Shown: piece by piece, positions 17,126 through 25,196 of the stretch
Numbering within the stretch: position 1 is the stretch's first letter
Layout: each line of letters opens with the position of its first letter
Source of the DNA: a virus
Lineage: Duplodnaviria > Caudoviricetes
Length of the DNA stretch: 26,764 bases
Reading direction: 5' to 3' (one strand)
IMG/VR virus record: IMGVR_UViG_3300031519_000180
Coordinates: 1-26,764 of that record
Translations under genes and position numbers: made by a program
Notes under the pieces: model-generated
The model's input: the letters and a program-made list of their open reading frames with translations, nothing else
Database searches by the model: none
Told to the model about the DNA's origin: nothing

Positions 17126-17158
17126 GATTCCCATGAAACAATTTTGTAAGGCGGCAAA

Positions 17159-19009
17159 ATGACAAATTTTAAGAGGGCAATCTGGTCTGAATATAGTCCA
17201 CAAATAATTAGCGCATTAAATCTAAAGAAGGTTACCCAAGGAGAATACCACGGCTCATGCCCAAATTGCGGTGGCAAGGATCGGTTTTGGATTAATGAAT
17301 ATAACGGTGAGGTAAAGGTACAGTGTAGGCAGTGCGACGACTTTAAGGAAATAACATTGATCTTACAGGCTCAGGGCTTATGGCCAGAGAGGGAAAACGG
17401 TTTTACCGTAAAGGAGATAGAGTGGCCTAGTGTCTCAACTCAACATCCCTACCTCGCCAAGAAGAAGATCGCACAGCATAACGCACTGATCGACGGGAGT
17501 AACCTCATTATTCCAATCAACAATTACATGGCTAGGAAAGTCGGAACCCAGACAATTACACCTGACGGAACCAAGAAGTTCTCTAAGGGAATGCCTGTCA
17601 TTGGTAACTTCAGCGTCCTTGGCGGTACGATTACAGACATAGCTTATATTGCTGAAGGGTGGGCGACTGCCGCATCTATCAGTGAGGCCACAGGTAAGCC
17701 AGCCGTGTTTGCCTTAAATGCCAATAACATTACCGAAGTCATTACGAACTTAAAGATAGCCAAGCCACACGCAGAGTTCATTGTGTGTGCAGATAATGAT
17801 GAGGCAGGGATTAAAGGAGCGGAAAAGGCGAAGGAAGATCACGGCACGAAATATCTACTACCACCAAAGGGCATGGATTATAATGACCTCTGGGTAGCTC
17901 AAGGTGCAGATGCTGTAGTAAACTTCCTAACCCCGAAGAGGTTTCAGGACACAGTATTCTGGGCAGATGACGCTCGGCCAATCCTCACAAACAATTACCT
18001 GATCAAGAACTGGCTCGGTGCAAATCAACTGAGCTGTCTTTACGGTGCGTCCAACACAGGTAAGTCATTCCTAGCCCTAGATATGTCTTGGCACATTGCC
18101 ACTGGCAGAGAGTGGAATGGAAATAAAGTTATTAAAGGCGTTGTGCTGTACATGGCCACGGAGGGTGGCAACAGCTTTAGGAATAGAGTTTACGCACTCA
18201 AAGATCATTACGGAGATGAGAATGCACTCTTAGCAGTAAGGCCAAGTCCAGTCGATATGTTTAACAGTGACGTTGATCTGCCCACGTTGGAGAACTTATG
18301 CAGTGAGATTCGAGATGAGAAGGGCGAGATCGCACTGATTGTTGTGGATACATTGTCCAGAGCAATGGCAGGTGCTAATGAAAATACATCGGAAGACATG
18401 TCGCAATTCATAAAGAACTGTGACATACTTAGGAATATCTCGAACGCTCACCTGATGATAGTTCACCACACTGGCAAGGATACTGCCAAAGGTGCTAGAG
18501 GTTCTTCTGCTTTGAAGGCCGCATTAGACACTGAGATAGAGTTAGACGTTCAGCAAGATAGTGGTATCAGAACAGCACTCTGCACGAAACAAAGAGATCT
18601 AGAGAGTGGCGCGGCATACTCATTCAGGCTGAACGTCTCAGTCCTTGGCGTTGATCCAGACGGAGATGATATCACCACAGTAGTTATTGCGAAATGTGAC
18701 GCTGAGGAACTGGAAGAGGCCAAGAAGAAAATACCAAAAGGTAAGAACCAGAAGCTGTTCTTGGAGTGCTTCAGGCAACTCAAGGCAGATAAAGTTGGGC
18801 AACCTAATCCTGGCGGAACTGGGTGGCCAGAGCCACATACTTACTGGGTCATTCAGGAGGAAGATGTGCGTGAACACTTCACTGGAAAGTTCAGTGGATC
18901 GAACCACAGAAGTGCTTGGAAACAGACTCTGGAGGCCATGATTTCAGGTGACTTTATGTGTATGAATCAGGGTCAAATCTGGCTGTTGGCGAAAGAGGGC
19001 AAAGTATGA
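17159..19009 (+). CDS. Primase-helicase: Zn ribbon + TOPRIM + RepA/AAA_25-type helicase
   Basis: CPNCGGKDRF...CRQC; AEGWATA and ADND (TOPRIM); GASNTGKS, IVVDT, HHTGK..GARGSS. Confidence 0.92.
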   Translation: MTNFKRAIWSEYSPQIISALNLKKVTQGEYHGSCPNCGGKDRFWINEYNGEVKVQCRQCDDFKEITLILQAQGLWPERENGFTVKEIEWPSVSTQHPYLAKKKIAQHNALIDGSNLIIPINNYMARKVGTQTITPDGTKKFSKGMPVIGNFSVLGGTITDIAYIAEGWATAASISEATGKPAVFALNANNITEVITNLKIAKPHAEFIVCADNDEAGIKGAEKAKEDHGTKYLLPPKGMDYNDLWVAQGADAVVNFLTPKRFQDTVFWADDARPILTNNYLIKNWLGANQLSCLYGASNTGKSFLALDMSWHIATGREWNGNKVIKGVVLYMATEGGNSFRNRVYALKDHYGDENALLAVRPSPVDMFNSDVDLPTLENLCSEIRDEKGEIALIVVDTLSRAMAGANENTSEDMSQFIKNCDILRNISNAHLMIVHHTGKDTAKGARGSSALKAALDTEIELDVQQDSGIRTALCTKQRDLESGAAYSFRLNVSVLGVDPDGDDITTVVIAKCDAEELEEAKKKIPKGKNQKLFLECFRQLKADKVGQPNPGGTGWPEPHTYWVIQEEDVREHFTGKFSGSNHRSAWKQTLEAMISGDFMCMNQGQIWLLAKEGKV

Positions 19010-19146
19010 AAAGCGTATGAAAAGTAGAGTGTAATGAAATCAATGACTTACAAGTGTGTTTCATACGTTTCATACGCTTTTCCTACGCTTGTTCATACGC
19101 GTATGAATTGTAGGAATTACCTATAGGGTATTCCTACTTCATACGG
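19001..19146. other. Putative replication origin: convergent (C)GTATGAA / TTCATAC(G) iterons, IHF site, palindromes
   Basis: GTATGAAAA x2, then AATCAATGACTTA (exact WATCAANNNNTTR, 19038-19050), then TTCATACG/TTCCTACG x4. Perfect 16-bp palindrome at 19092-19107 and hairpin at 19110-19137. Confidence 0.7.
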
Positions 19147-19166
19147 AACCGCAAAAAGAGGATCAT

Positions 19167-19373
19167 ATGGGTAGTAAGACAGAAGACAGAAGGCCAAGGT
19201 TTAGGAGAGTTAAGGGTACAGAGAATTCAAGGGTATTCTGGCATCCCTGTTCTGTGTGTGGCGACACTGATGCAGGGTTTGGTTTGGACGTTGAGATATT
19301 AAGGAATAACTTTGGAACTTGGTTCTGCGGAGAATGTAAGCCTGATGATTATTATAGAGGGAAAAGAAAATGA
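19167..19373 (+). CDS. Small zinc-finger protein
   Basis: CSVC...WFCGEC; GAGGA RBS. Confidence 0.7.
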   Translation: MGSKTEDRRPRFRRVKGTENSRVFWHPCSVCGDTDAGFGLDVEILRNNFGTWFCGECKPDDYYRGKRK

Positions 19374-19627
19374 TGAAGGCAAGTAAACTTTTAAGTGATG
19401 CATCTAAGTTGGTGAGTGGAGATCGACAGAGTTCATACGGAACACCAGAGGATAGCTTCAAGAAGTTATCCGCATTGTGGAGTGCATACCTTGATGTAGA
19501 AATAACACCACACGATGCCTGTGTTATGATGTCACTTTTAAAAGTTAGCAGATTAGCATATAAACCTAGTGAAGATTCAAGTACAGATGGTGCGGCATAT
19601 TTATGCCTCGCTAATCAAGTGAGCTAA
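19370..19627 (+). CDS. DUF6378-like phage protein
   Basis: A..LV.GDR...YG.P..SF..L..LWSAYL......D...MM.LLK.SR......DS..D.A.Y pattern. Confidence 0.8.
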   Translation: MMKASKLLSDASKLVSGDRQSSYGTPEDSFKKLSALWSAYLDVEITPHDACVMMSLLKVSRLAYKPSEDSSTDGAAYLCLANQVS

Positions 19628-19725
19628 CCCCTCTGCGTCTGGTCGCCTCTATGACGCTGTTTCTCCCAAAACTTTAGGGGGGTAGACTGACCCCTGACTC
19701 AAATTGAGTTGGGGGTCTTTTTTTT
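19624..19725 (+). ncRNA. Candidate 3'UTR-derived anti-Shine-Dalgarno small RNA
   Basis: Outer stem 19624-32/19676-85, inner stem GCGTC/GACGC, unpaired TGTTTCTCCCA (19658-19668) complementary to four early-gene RBSs. Ends in a strong terminator. Confidence 0.5.
19689..19725 (+). terminator. Rho-independent terminator ending the replication operon
   Basis: GACCCCTGACTCA-AAT-TGAGTTGGGGGTC followed by T8. Confidence 0.9.
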
Positions 19726-19745
19726 ATTTATTTTACATTTGGCAC

Positions 19746-19774
19746 TTGACAGTGCTAGTGATTGCTAGTACTTA
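19746..19774 (+). promoter_or_regulatory. Sigma70-type promoter of the rightward early cassette
   Basis: cTTGACA-17 nt-TACTTA(T). The spacer has TGCTAGT twice at 10-bp spacing (19753, 19763). Confidence 0.7.
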
Positions 19775-19806
19775 TTGTTTATAGAAACAAACAAGGGAGA
19801 AATAAA

Positions 19807-20193
19807 ATGGCACAACGAGAAATAGCACACGAAAATTTAGCTCACAAAATCTTTGTAGGTAAAGAAAATTACGAAGGATACAAAGATGGTGATGTCTTAG
19901 CTATTGCATATAAATCAATAAACCACGGCACTCTGCACAACTTCTATACTTTAGGTAGTGTTGTATCTTGCGCCATCGACTGGTGTAGTTGCCCATTCGA
20001 GGCAGTAGAAAGAGCAAAAGAAAATGGTGAGGATCTTCATTTCGCATTTGGAAACGGTGTTTCAATTACTTCCCATACACGAGATCAAGAGATTTCTTTC
20101 ATGGTGAACCATGGAGATGAAATAAAGTTTCACGGTAAAATGTTTGAGATTGTTGCTACAGCAAATAACAACATTGGTCTTAAACCAGTTTAA
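19807..20193 (+). CDS. Hypothetical early protein, 128 aa
   Basis: Start moved to ATG 19807, behind RBS AAGGGAGAAATA. Confidence 0.75.
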   Translation: MAQREIAHENLAHKIFVGKENYEGYKDGDVLAIAYKSINHGTLHNFYTLGSVVSCAIDWCSCPFEAVERAKENGEDLHFAFGNGVSITSHTRDQEISFMVNHGDEIKFHGKMFEIVATANNNIGLKPV

Positions 20194-20201
20194 TTAATCA
20201 A

Positions 20202-20222
20202 GGGGAGCCTCGCGCTCCCCAC
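20202..20222 (+). repeat. Intergenic GC-rich hairpin, copy 2 (GGGGAGC-CTCGC-GCTCCCC-AC)
   Basis: Matches the reverse complement of 9567-9587 at 20 of 21 nt. Confidence 0.85.
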
Positions 20223-20239
20223 AATCAAGGGAGAGACAT

Positions 20240-20491
20240 ATGTATAATTTTGATGAAGAAGTTGCAAAAATATTTGGAATGGATCTTGATGAGCCTAAGC
20301 CAGTTAAAGTTCGCCTTAAAGATTCATTAAAAATAGATAAAAACATACTTGGCACTGTGTTAACTAAAAATATTGGTGGGTTGGTTATGGTTGGTATATG
20401 GGTTAAAGAAGATAGCTTCGAAGTTCTTGATGATGAAGAGTTAGAAGATTATGAAGTTCTTAGTGATGAAGAAATAGAAAAATTTCTCTGA
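20240..20491 (+). CDS. Small acidic hypothetical protein
   Basis: 83 aa, RBS AAGGGAGAGACA. Duplicated acidic tail EVLDDEELEDY/EVLSDEEIEKF. Confidence 0.75.
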   Translation: MYNFDEEVAKIFGMDLDEPKPVKVRLKDSLKIDKNILGTVLTKNIGGLVMVGIWVKEDSFEVLDDEELEDYEVLSDEEIEKFL

Positions 20492-20498
20492 GAAAATC

Positions 20499-20526
20499 AG
20501 CCTCACTTCGGTGGGGCTTTTTTTTT
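20499..20526 (+). terminator. Rho-independent terminator with C(UUCG)G tetraloop
   Basis: AGCCTCAC-TTCG-GTGGGGCT followed by a T run. Confidence 0.92.
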
Positions 20527-20581
20527 GCAAAATAGTGTGTATATTGAAAGCACGGTTAACCACTGAGAAAAGGTTTAAAGG

Positions 20582-21046
20582 ATGAGCGACGAAAAAAGAA
20601 AAGTAGGAAGACCAAGATTTGAGATAACTCCAGAAGTCTGTGAGAAGGTCGAGAACCTCTCAGCCCAAGGTTTAACAGTCGAGCAAATCTCTCTGGTCTT
20701 GGGAATTAATAAGTCAACTATGTTTGATAAACAGAACGAATATCCAGATTTTTCCGATGCGCTAAAAAGGGGGCGTGGCAAGGGCGTTGCCAATGTGACC
20801 AACGCATTGTACACAAAGGCAGTGGATGGAGATAACACTGCCATGATCTTCTACCTGAAGAACCGAGCAGGTTGGGTGGATAAACAAGAAATTCAGTCAA
20901 CTGTCGAGCAGAGACATATCATAGATTTAACTAGGATTCCAAATGACCAACTTGAACAGCTTGAAAATGCATTTAAGCAACCTGACACTGGAGCAAGTGA
21001 GGGCGGAGAAGTATCGGAGATCATTGAGGGAGTTTACGAAGGCTAG
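20582..21046 (+). CDS. terS: Terminase small subunit
   Basis: GRP, HTH (GLTVEQISLVLGINKST), YPDFSDALKRG, AMIFYLKNRAGW. Directly upstream of terL. Confidence 0.85.
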   Translation: MSDEKRKVGRPRFEITPEVCEKVENLSAQGLTVEQISLVLGINKSTMFDKQNEYPDFSDALKRGRGKGVANVTNALYTKAVDGDNTAMIFYLKNRAGWVDKQEIQSTVEQRHIIDLTRIPNDQLEQLENAFKQPDTGASEGGEVSEIIEGVYEG

Positions 21047-22457
21047 TTGGCCGTCTATTGAGCCTGCTCAACCTTTCATAAACAACTGGCACATCGATGC
21101 AATCTCTGATCACCTACAGGCTGTTGTGGAAGGCGATATTAAACGCCTGATCATAAATGTTCCCCCAAGACACATGAAATCTATTTCTGTGGCCGTGGCA
21201 CTGCCTGCTTGGACTTGGACGAAGCAACCTGACAAAAAGTTTCTCTACGCCTCTTACGCAAGCTCTCTGTCGGTCAGGGATAGCGTTAAGTGTCGTAGGT
21301 TGATCGACAGTAACTGGTATCAAGATCATTTTGGCGATGCATTTGATTTAACCTCTGACCAAAACCAAAAGCAACGATTTGAGAACAATAAGACTGGAGC
21401 GAGGATAGCAACATCGGTTGACGGGGCGTTAACTGGTGAGGGTGGCGATATAATCATCATTGATGATCCACATAATGTGAGAGAGAGTGATTCTTCGCTT
21501 GTCAGGCAAGGTGTTCTTGATTGGTGGGATCAGGCAATGCAAACCAGACTGAATGACCCCAGAACTGGCGCATTTATTATAATTATGCAGAGAGTACATG
21601 AGAATGACTTGGCAGGTCACATTTTAGCTAACGACCTTGGCCACGAGTGGGATCACTTATGTTTACCTGCTCGATATGAGATAGGTCACCCAACGCCAAC
21701 GATATCAACGCTAGGCTTTGCTGATCCCAGAACTAAAGAGGGAGAATTACTCTGGCCAGAGAGAGTTGACACTAAAACCTTAGACAGCCTAGAGCGAAGT
21801 CTTGGAAGTTACGCAAGTGCAGGTCAGCTACAGCAACGCCCTGCACCGAAGGGCGGTGGAATCTTAAAAGCCAAGTGGTGGGTTCCTTGGGAGAGCCAAG
21901 ACTTGCCGTCGAACATCGAGTACGTCATTCAGAGTTACGATACTGCATTCAGCACAAAAGAAACCGCAGACTACTCAGCTAGGACAACGTGGGGCGTATT
22001 TAGACATGAGGGCATGATGAACATCATGGTTCTTGATATGTGGTACGACAGGGTCAGCTATCCTGACCTAAGACGCATTGCCCAAGATTCATATTACGAG
22101 TGGGAGCCTGACGCAGTGTTGATCGAGAAGAAGGCTTCAGGTCAATCTCTATTGCAAGATTTACGCATGGCAGGAATACCTGTATTGGAATATTTACCTG
22201 ACCGTGATAAGCAAGCCAGAGCGCACGCAAGTTCCGCATTGTTAGAAGATGGAAGAATCTACTATCCTTTTGACAAGAAGTGGGCTAAAGATTTAATAGA
22301 CATATGTTCAGCATTTCCTGCTGGAGATAATGACGACATAGTTGACACATGTACGCAAGCATGGCTAAGATTGCGAAAAGGTTGGTTTGTCGGCCACACT
22401 GACGATTACGAAGAAGATGAATTTGTTGAAACAAGGAGGATGACTCTGTATGGCTAG
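20943..22457 (+). CDS. terL: Terminase large subunit
   Basis: PPRHMKS (Walker A variant), IIIDDPH, IIMQRVHENDL, RNase H-fold SYDTA, IEKKASG, DDIVD. Confidence 0.95.
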   Translation: MTNLNSLKMHLSNLTLEQVRAEKYRRSLREFTKASWPSIEPAQPFINNWHIDAISDHLQAVVEGDIKRLIINVPPRHMKSISVAVALPAWTWTKQPDKKFLYASYASSLSVRDSVKCRRLIDSNWYQDHFGDAFDLTSDQNQKQRFENNKTGARIATSVDGALTGEGGDIIIIDDPHNVRESDSSLVRQGVLDWWDQAMQTRLNDPRTGAFIIIMQRVHENDLAGHILANDLGHEWDHLCLPARYEIGHPTPTISTLGFADPRTKEGELLWPERVDTKTLDSLERSLGSYASAGQLQQRPAPKGGGILKAKWWVPWESQDLPSNIEYVIQSYDTAFSTKETADYSARTTWGVFRHEGMMNIMVLDMWYDRVSYPDLRRIAQDSYYEWEPDAVLIEKKASGQSLLQDLRMAGIPVLEYLPDRDKQARAHASSALLEDGRIYYPFDKKWAKDLIDICSAFPAGDNDDIVDTCTQAWLRLRKGWFVGHTDDYEEDEFVETRRMTLYG

Positions 22458-24960
22458 GTCACCAATTTCACTCACTAAAGAATTAGCACCCTTCGCAGAG
22501 GCCGCCCCATCGGACGACCTTCAGGTCGAAGAGATATCAGAAGACGAAGTTTTAATTGGAGATCCTGACTTAGACGTTGGTATGATGGATGAGCCTGATA
22601 ATGAATTTGATTCTAATCTAGCAGAATCAATTGATGCTCAAGACTTATCCAGAAAAGGTCAGACGCTTATTGCTTATTATGAATCTGACAGGGAATCTAG
22701 ATCTGAGTGGGAAGAGCGATACAAGGAAGGATTGAAGACAGTAGATCCTGATGGTGGAGTTAACGAATCAGAAGATGAGAGAGCCGCCCGTGGATTATCC
22801 ACAGTAGTACACCCAATGATAGCTGAGGCGGCAACACAGTTTAACGCCAGAGCGATTGCAGAGCTATACCCATCTGGAGGCCCAGTGAAAACTGTTATTG
22901 TTGGCGATCCGAATGAGGAGCTAGAAGATCAGTCAAGGCGCGTCAGAGAATTTATGAATTACCAGATTACTCAGGAGATGCCTGAGTATTTCCCAGACTT
23001 AGATCAAATGCTATTCCACCTGCCTTTGGTCGGTCAGACTTTCAAGAAGGTCTGGTGGGATGCGAACATGGGGAGGCAGTGCGCTCAGTTTGTAAAGGCA
23101 GAAGACTTTGTTGTGGCTCCAGAGAGCAGAGATTTATATACATCACCAAGATATACTCAGGTTATTAGAATACCGAAGAACGATTACAATCGATACGTCC
23201 AGTCTGGGCATTATCTTCCTGTTGATGATCAAGGTGGAGAGTTAGATCCATCTGGAGATGTTATTGGCGAGATTGTGGGCGTTGATCAGTATGGTGACGG
23301 ATCTCAAGATCACGTTGTTACATTGTTGGAAATGCATGTGTACGAGAAGTTCGACGGTGTTTCTGATTACGACGATGAAGATTATGATGATGATAATTCA
23401 GTTCACTTCCCATATGTCGTCACGATTGATTACGATACAGAGCAAGTAGTCAGTGTCAGGAGAAACTGGAGAGAAGACGACGAGCGCAAACTCAGGAGAG
23501 ATTGGTTTGTGTCTTACAAGTTCCTACCAGGTTTAGGATTTTATGGTTTTGGCCTGTATCACTTGATCGGTGGATTAGGAAGAGCGGCAACTGGCTCATT
23601 GAGGGCGTTACTAGATTCAGCGGCATTTGCGAATATGCAAGGTGGATTTAAGTTAAGGGGTCGAGTTTCAGGTGGCGAAGTTCAGGTTAATCCTGGTGAG
23701 TTCGTAGATTTAGACGCAACGGTTGACGATGTTAACAAGGCGATAATGCCATTGCCATTTAAGGAGCCAAGTCAGTCGCTCTTTAATTTGCTTGGATTTA
23801 TTGTTCAGGCAGGTCAGAGATTTGCGAGTACGGCTGATTTAAATGTTGGGGATGTAAACCCGAATGCTCCTGTTGGTTCCACTGTGGCTTTGATAGAACA
23901 GGGCAGTAAAGCGTTCTCGGCCATTCACAAGAGGTTGCATTACGCTCAGGGTCAAGAGTTCAAATTACTTGCGGCACTTAACGCAGAGAACTTGCCTGAG
24001 TCGTTTACATTTTCGTTATCAGGCAGAAGCGAACAGATTTTCGCGGCTGACTTTAATGATCGCATTGACATCCTCCCTGTCAGTGACCCCAACATATTCT
24101 CAACGGCACAGAGAATTGCTCAGGCCCAAGCTATTTTACAGATGGCTCAGTCAGCACCTCAGTTCCATAATTTATATAATGCGTATAAGCGGATGTATGA
24201 GGCGATACGCATACCGAACATTGAGGAAATCCTGAAGAAGCCTGAAGAGGCTGTGCAGATGGATCCAATTGATGAGAATATGTCTGTTATGTATGGCAAG
24301 CCAATTCGTGCATTTCCTGAGCAAGACCATGATTCTCACATTGCGGTTCACTTACAGTTTATGCAAGATCCATCTCTAGGTGGCAATCCAGGCGCGGCAC
24401 AAATGCAACCTGTGTTAGTTGCTCACATTGCAGAGCATATTGCGTTGCTTTACAGAGTTCGAATGGAGGCTGGTATTGGCATGGAAATGCCACCAATGCC
24501 TGACTTTAAAGATCCAGACTTTAGGTTTGAGGATGTAAACCCTGAATTAGACAGGTTGATTAGCCAGAGGGCGGCTCAAGTTGTACAGGCATCGCCTCAA
24601 ATGCAACCAATTCCTGCTTTACAGGCGGCTATGCAACAAGGTCAGCAACAGGGTGATCCACTACAATACGCACAACAGCTTGCACAATTAGAGACTGAGG
24701 CATTAAAAGCTAGAACTCAATCGCAGATACAAGCAGATCAGGCTAAAGCGCAATCAAATATCCAGATTAAACAGGCAGAAGCACAGCAAAAAATGCAAAT
24801 CGAGCAGGTTAAGGCTCAGGCTGACCTACAGGCCAAGGTGGCGAAGCTAGAGACTGAATTACAGTTAGAACGTGAGAAGAACGCGGCTGACATTCAGTTA
24901 GAGCGAGAGAAGAATGCGGCAGAGTTACAGATGGAGGCAATGAAGAACGATGGCATATGA
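22450..24960 (+). CDS. Portal protein (P22-like, long C-terminal Gln/Ala-rich coiled-coil barrel)
   Basis: 836 aa immediately after terL. HPMIAEAATQF, FKKVWWD, GFYGFGL motifs and a helical Q-rich tail. Confidence 0.88.
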   Translation: MARSPISLTKELAPFAEAAPSDDLQVEEISEDEVLIGDPDLDVGMMDEPDNEFDSNLAESIDAQDLSRKGQTLIAYYESDRESRSEWEERYKEGLKTVDPDGGVNESEDERAARGLSTVVHPMIAEAATQFNARAIAELYPSGGPVKTVIVGDPNEELEDQSRRVREFMNYQITQEMPEYFPDLDQMLFHLPLVGQTFKKVWWDANMGRQCAQFVKAEDFVVAPESRDLYTSPRYTQVIRIPKNDYNRYVQSGHYLPVDDQGGELDPSGDVIGEIVGVDQYGDGSQDHVVTLLEMHVYEKFDGVSDYDDEDYDDDNSVHFPYVVTIDYDTEQVVSVRRNWREDDERKLRRDWFVSYKFLPGLGFYGFGLYHLIGGLGRAATGSLRALLDSAAFANMQGGFKLRGRVSGGEVQVNPGEFVDLDATVDDVNKAIMPLPFKEPSQSLFNLLGFIVQAGQRFASTADLNVGDVNPNAPVGSTVALIEQGSKAFSAIHKRLHYAQGQEFKLLAALNAENLPESFTFSLSGRSEQIFAADFNDRIDILPVSDPNIFSTAQRIAQAQAILQMAQSAPQFHNLYNAYKRMYEAIRIPNIEEILKKPEEAVQMDPIDENMSVMYGKPIRAFPEQDHDSHIAVHLQFMQDPSLGGNPGAAQMQPVLVAHIAEHIALLYRVRMEAGIGMEMPPMPDFKDPDFRFEDVNPELDRLISQRAAQVVQASPQMQPIPALQAAMQQGQQQGDPLQYAQQLAQLETEALKARTQSQIQADQAKAQSNIQIKQAEAQQKMQIEQVKAQADLQAKVAKLETELQLEREKNAADIQLEREKNAAELQMEAMKNDGI

Positions 24961-25192
24961 TATGTTAGCCTCTATAGCACCGATTAATCCGCAGGCATTT
25001 GGCCCAGTTGTACAGCAAGGTCAGCCACAGCAAGGTGGAATGCCACAACAGGGTCAACCTCCACAGCAAGGTGGAGATGTAATGACGCAATATTTAATGA
25101 ATAAAGTCGCTGAGATTAGAGGCGACAGAGGTCAGGGCGCATTAGGAGGCGTTATGGCATCTATGGCTCAACCGCAAATAAGAAGAGGATAG
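24950..25192 (+). CDS. Small Gln/Pro/Gly-rich hypothetical protein
   Basis: 80 aa, overlaps the portal stop, GGAGG RBS at 24933-24937. Confidence 0.65.
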   Translation: MAYDMLASIAPINPQAFGPVVQQGQPQQGGMPQQGQPPQQGGDVMTQYLMNKVAEIRGDRGQGALGGVMASMAQPQIRRG

Positions 25193-25196
25193 TTTT

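Noticed and set aside
19630-19670. TGTTTCTCCCA read as a minus-strand RBS for a small ORF
   Set aside because: On the minus strand TGGGAGAAACA is followed by GCGTCATAGAGGCG with no ATG/GTG/TTG at usable spacing, so the plus-strand antisense reading is preferred.
9567-20222. Invertible 10.6-kb segment bounded by the two inverted hairpin copies
   Set aside because: No recombinase or invertase gene is in the window. The repeats are short and largely self-palindromic, and are better explained as RNA-level elements.
20525-20545. Possible late promoter TTGCAA...TATATT before terS
   Set aside because: The spacing is only 9 nt and there is no proper extended -10, so it cannot be supported as a sigma70 promoter.
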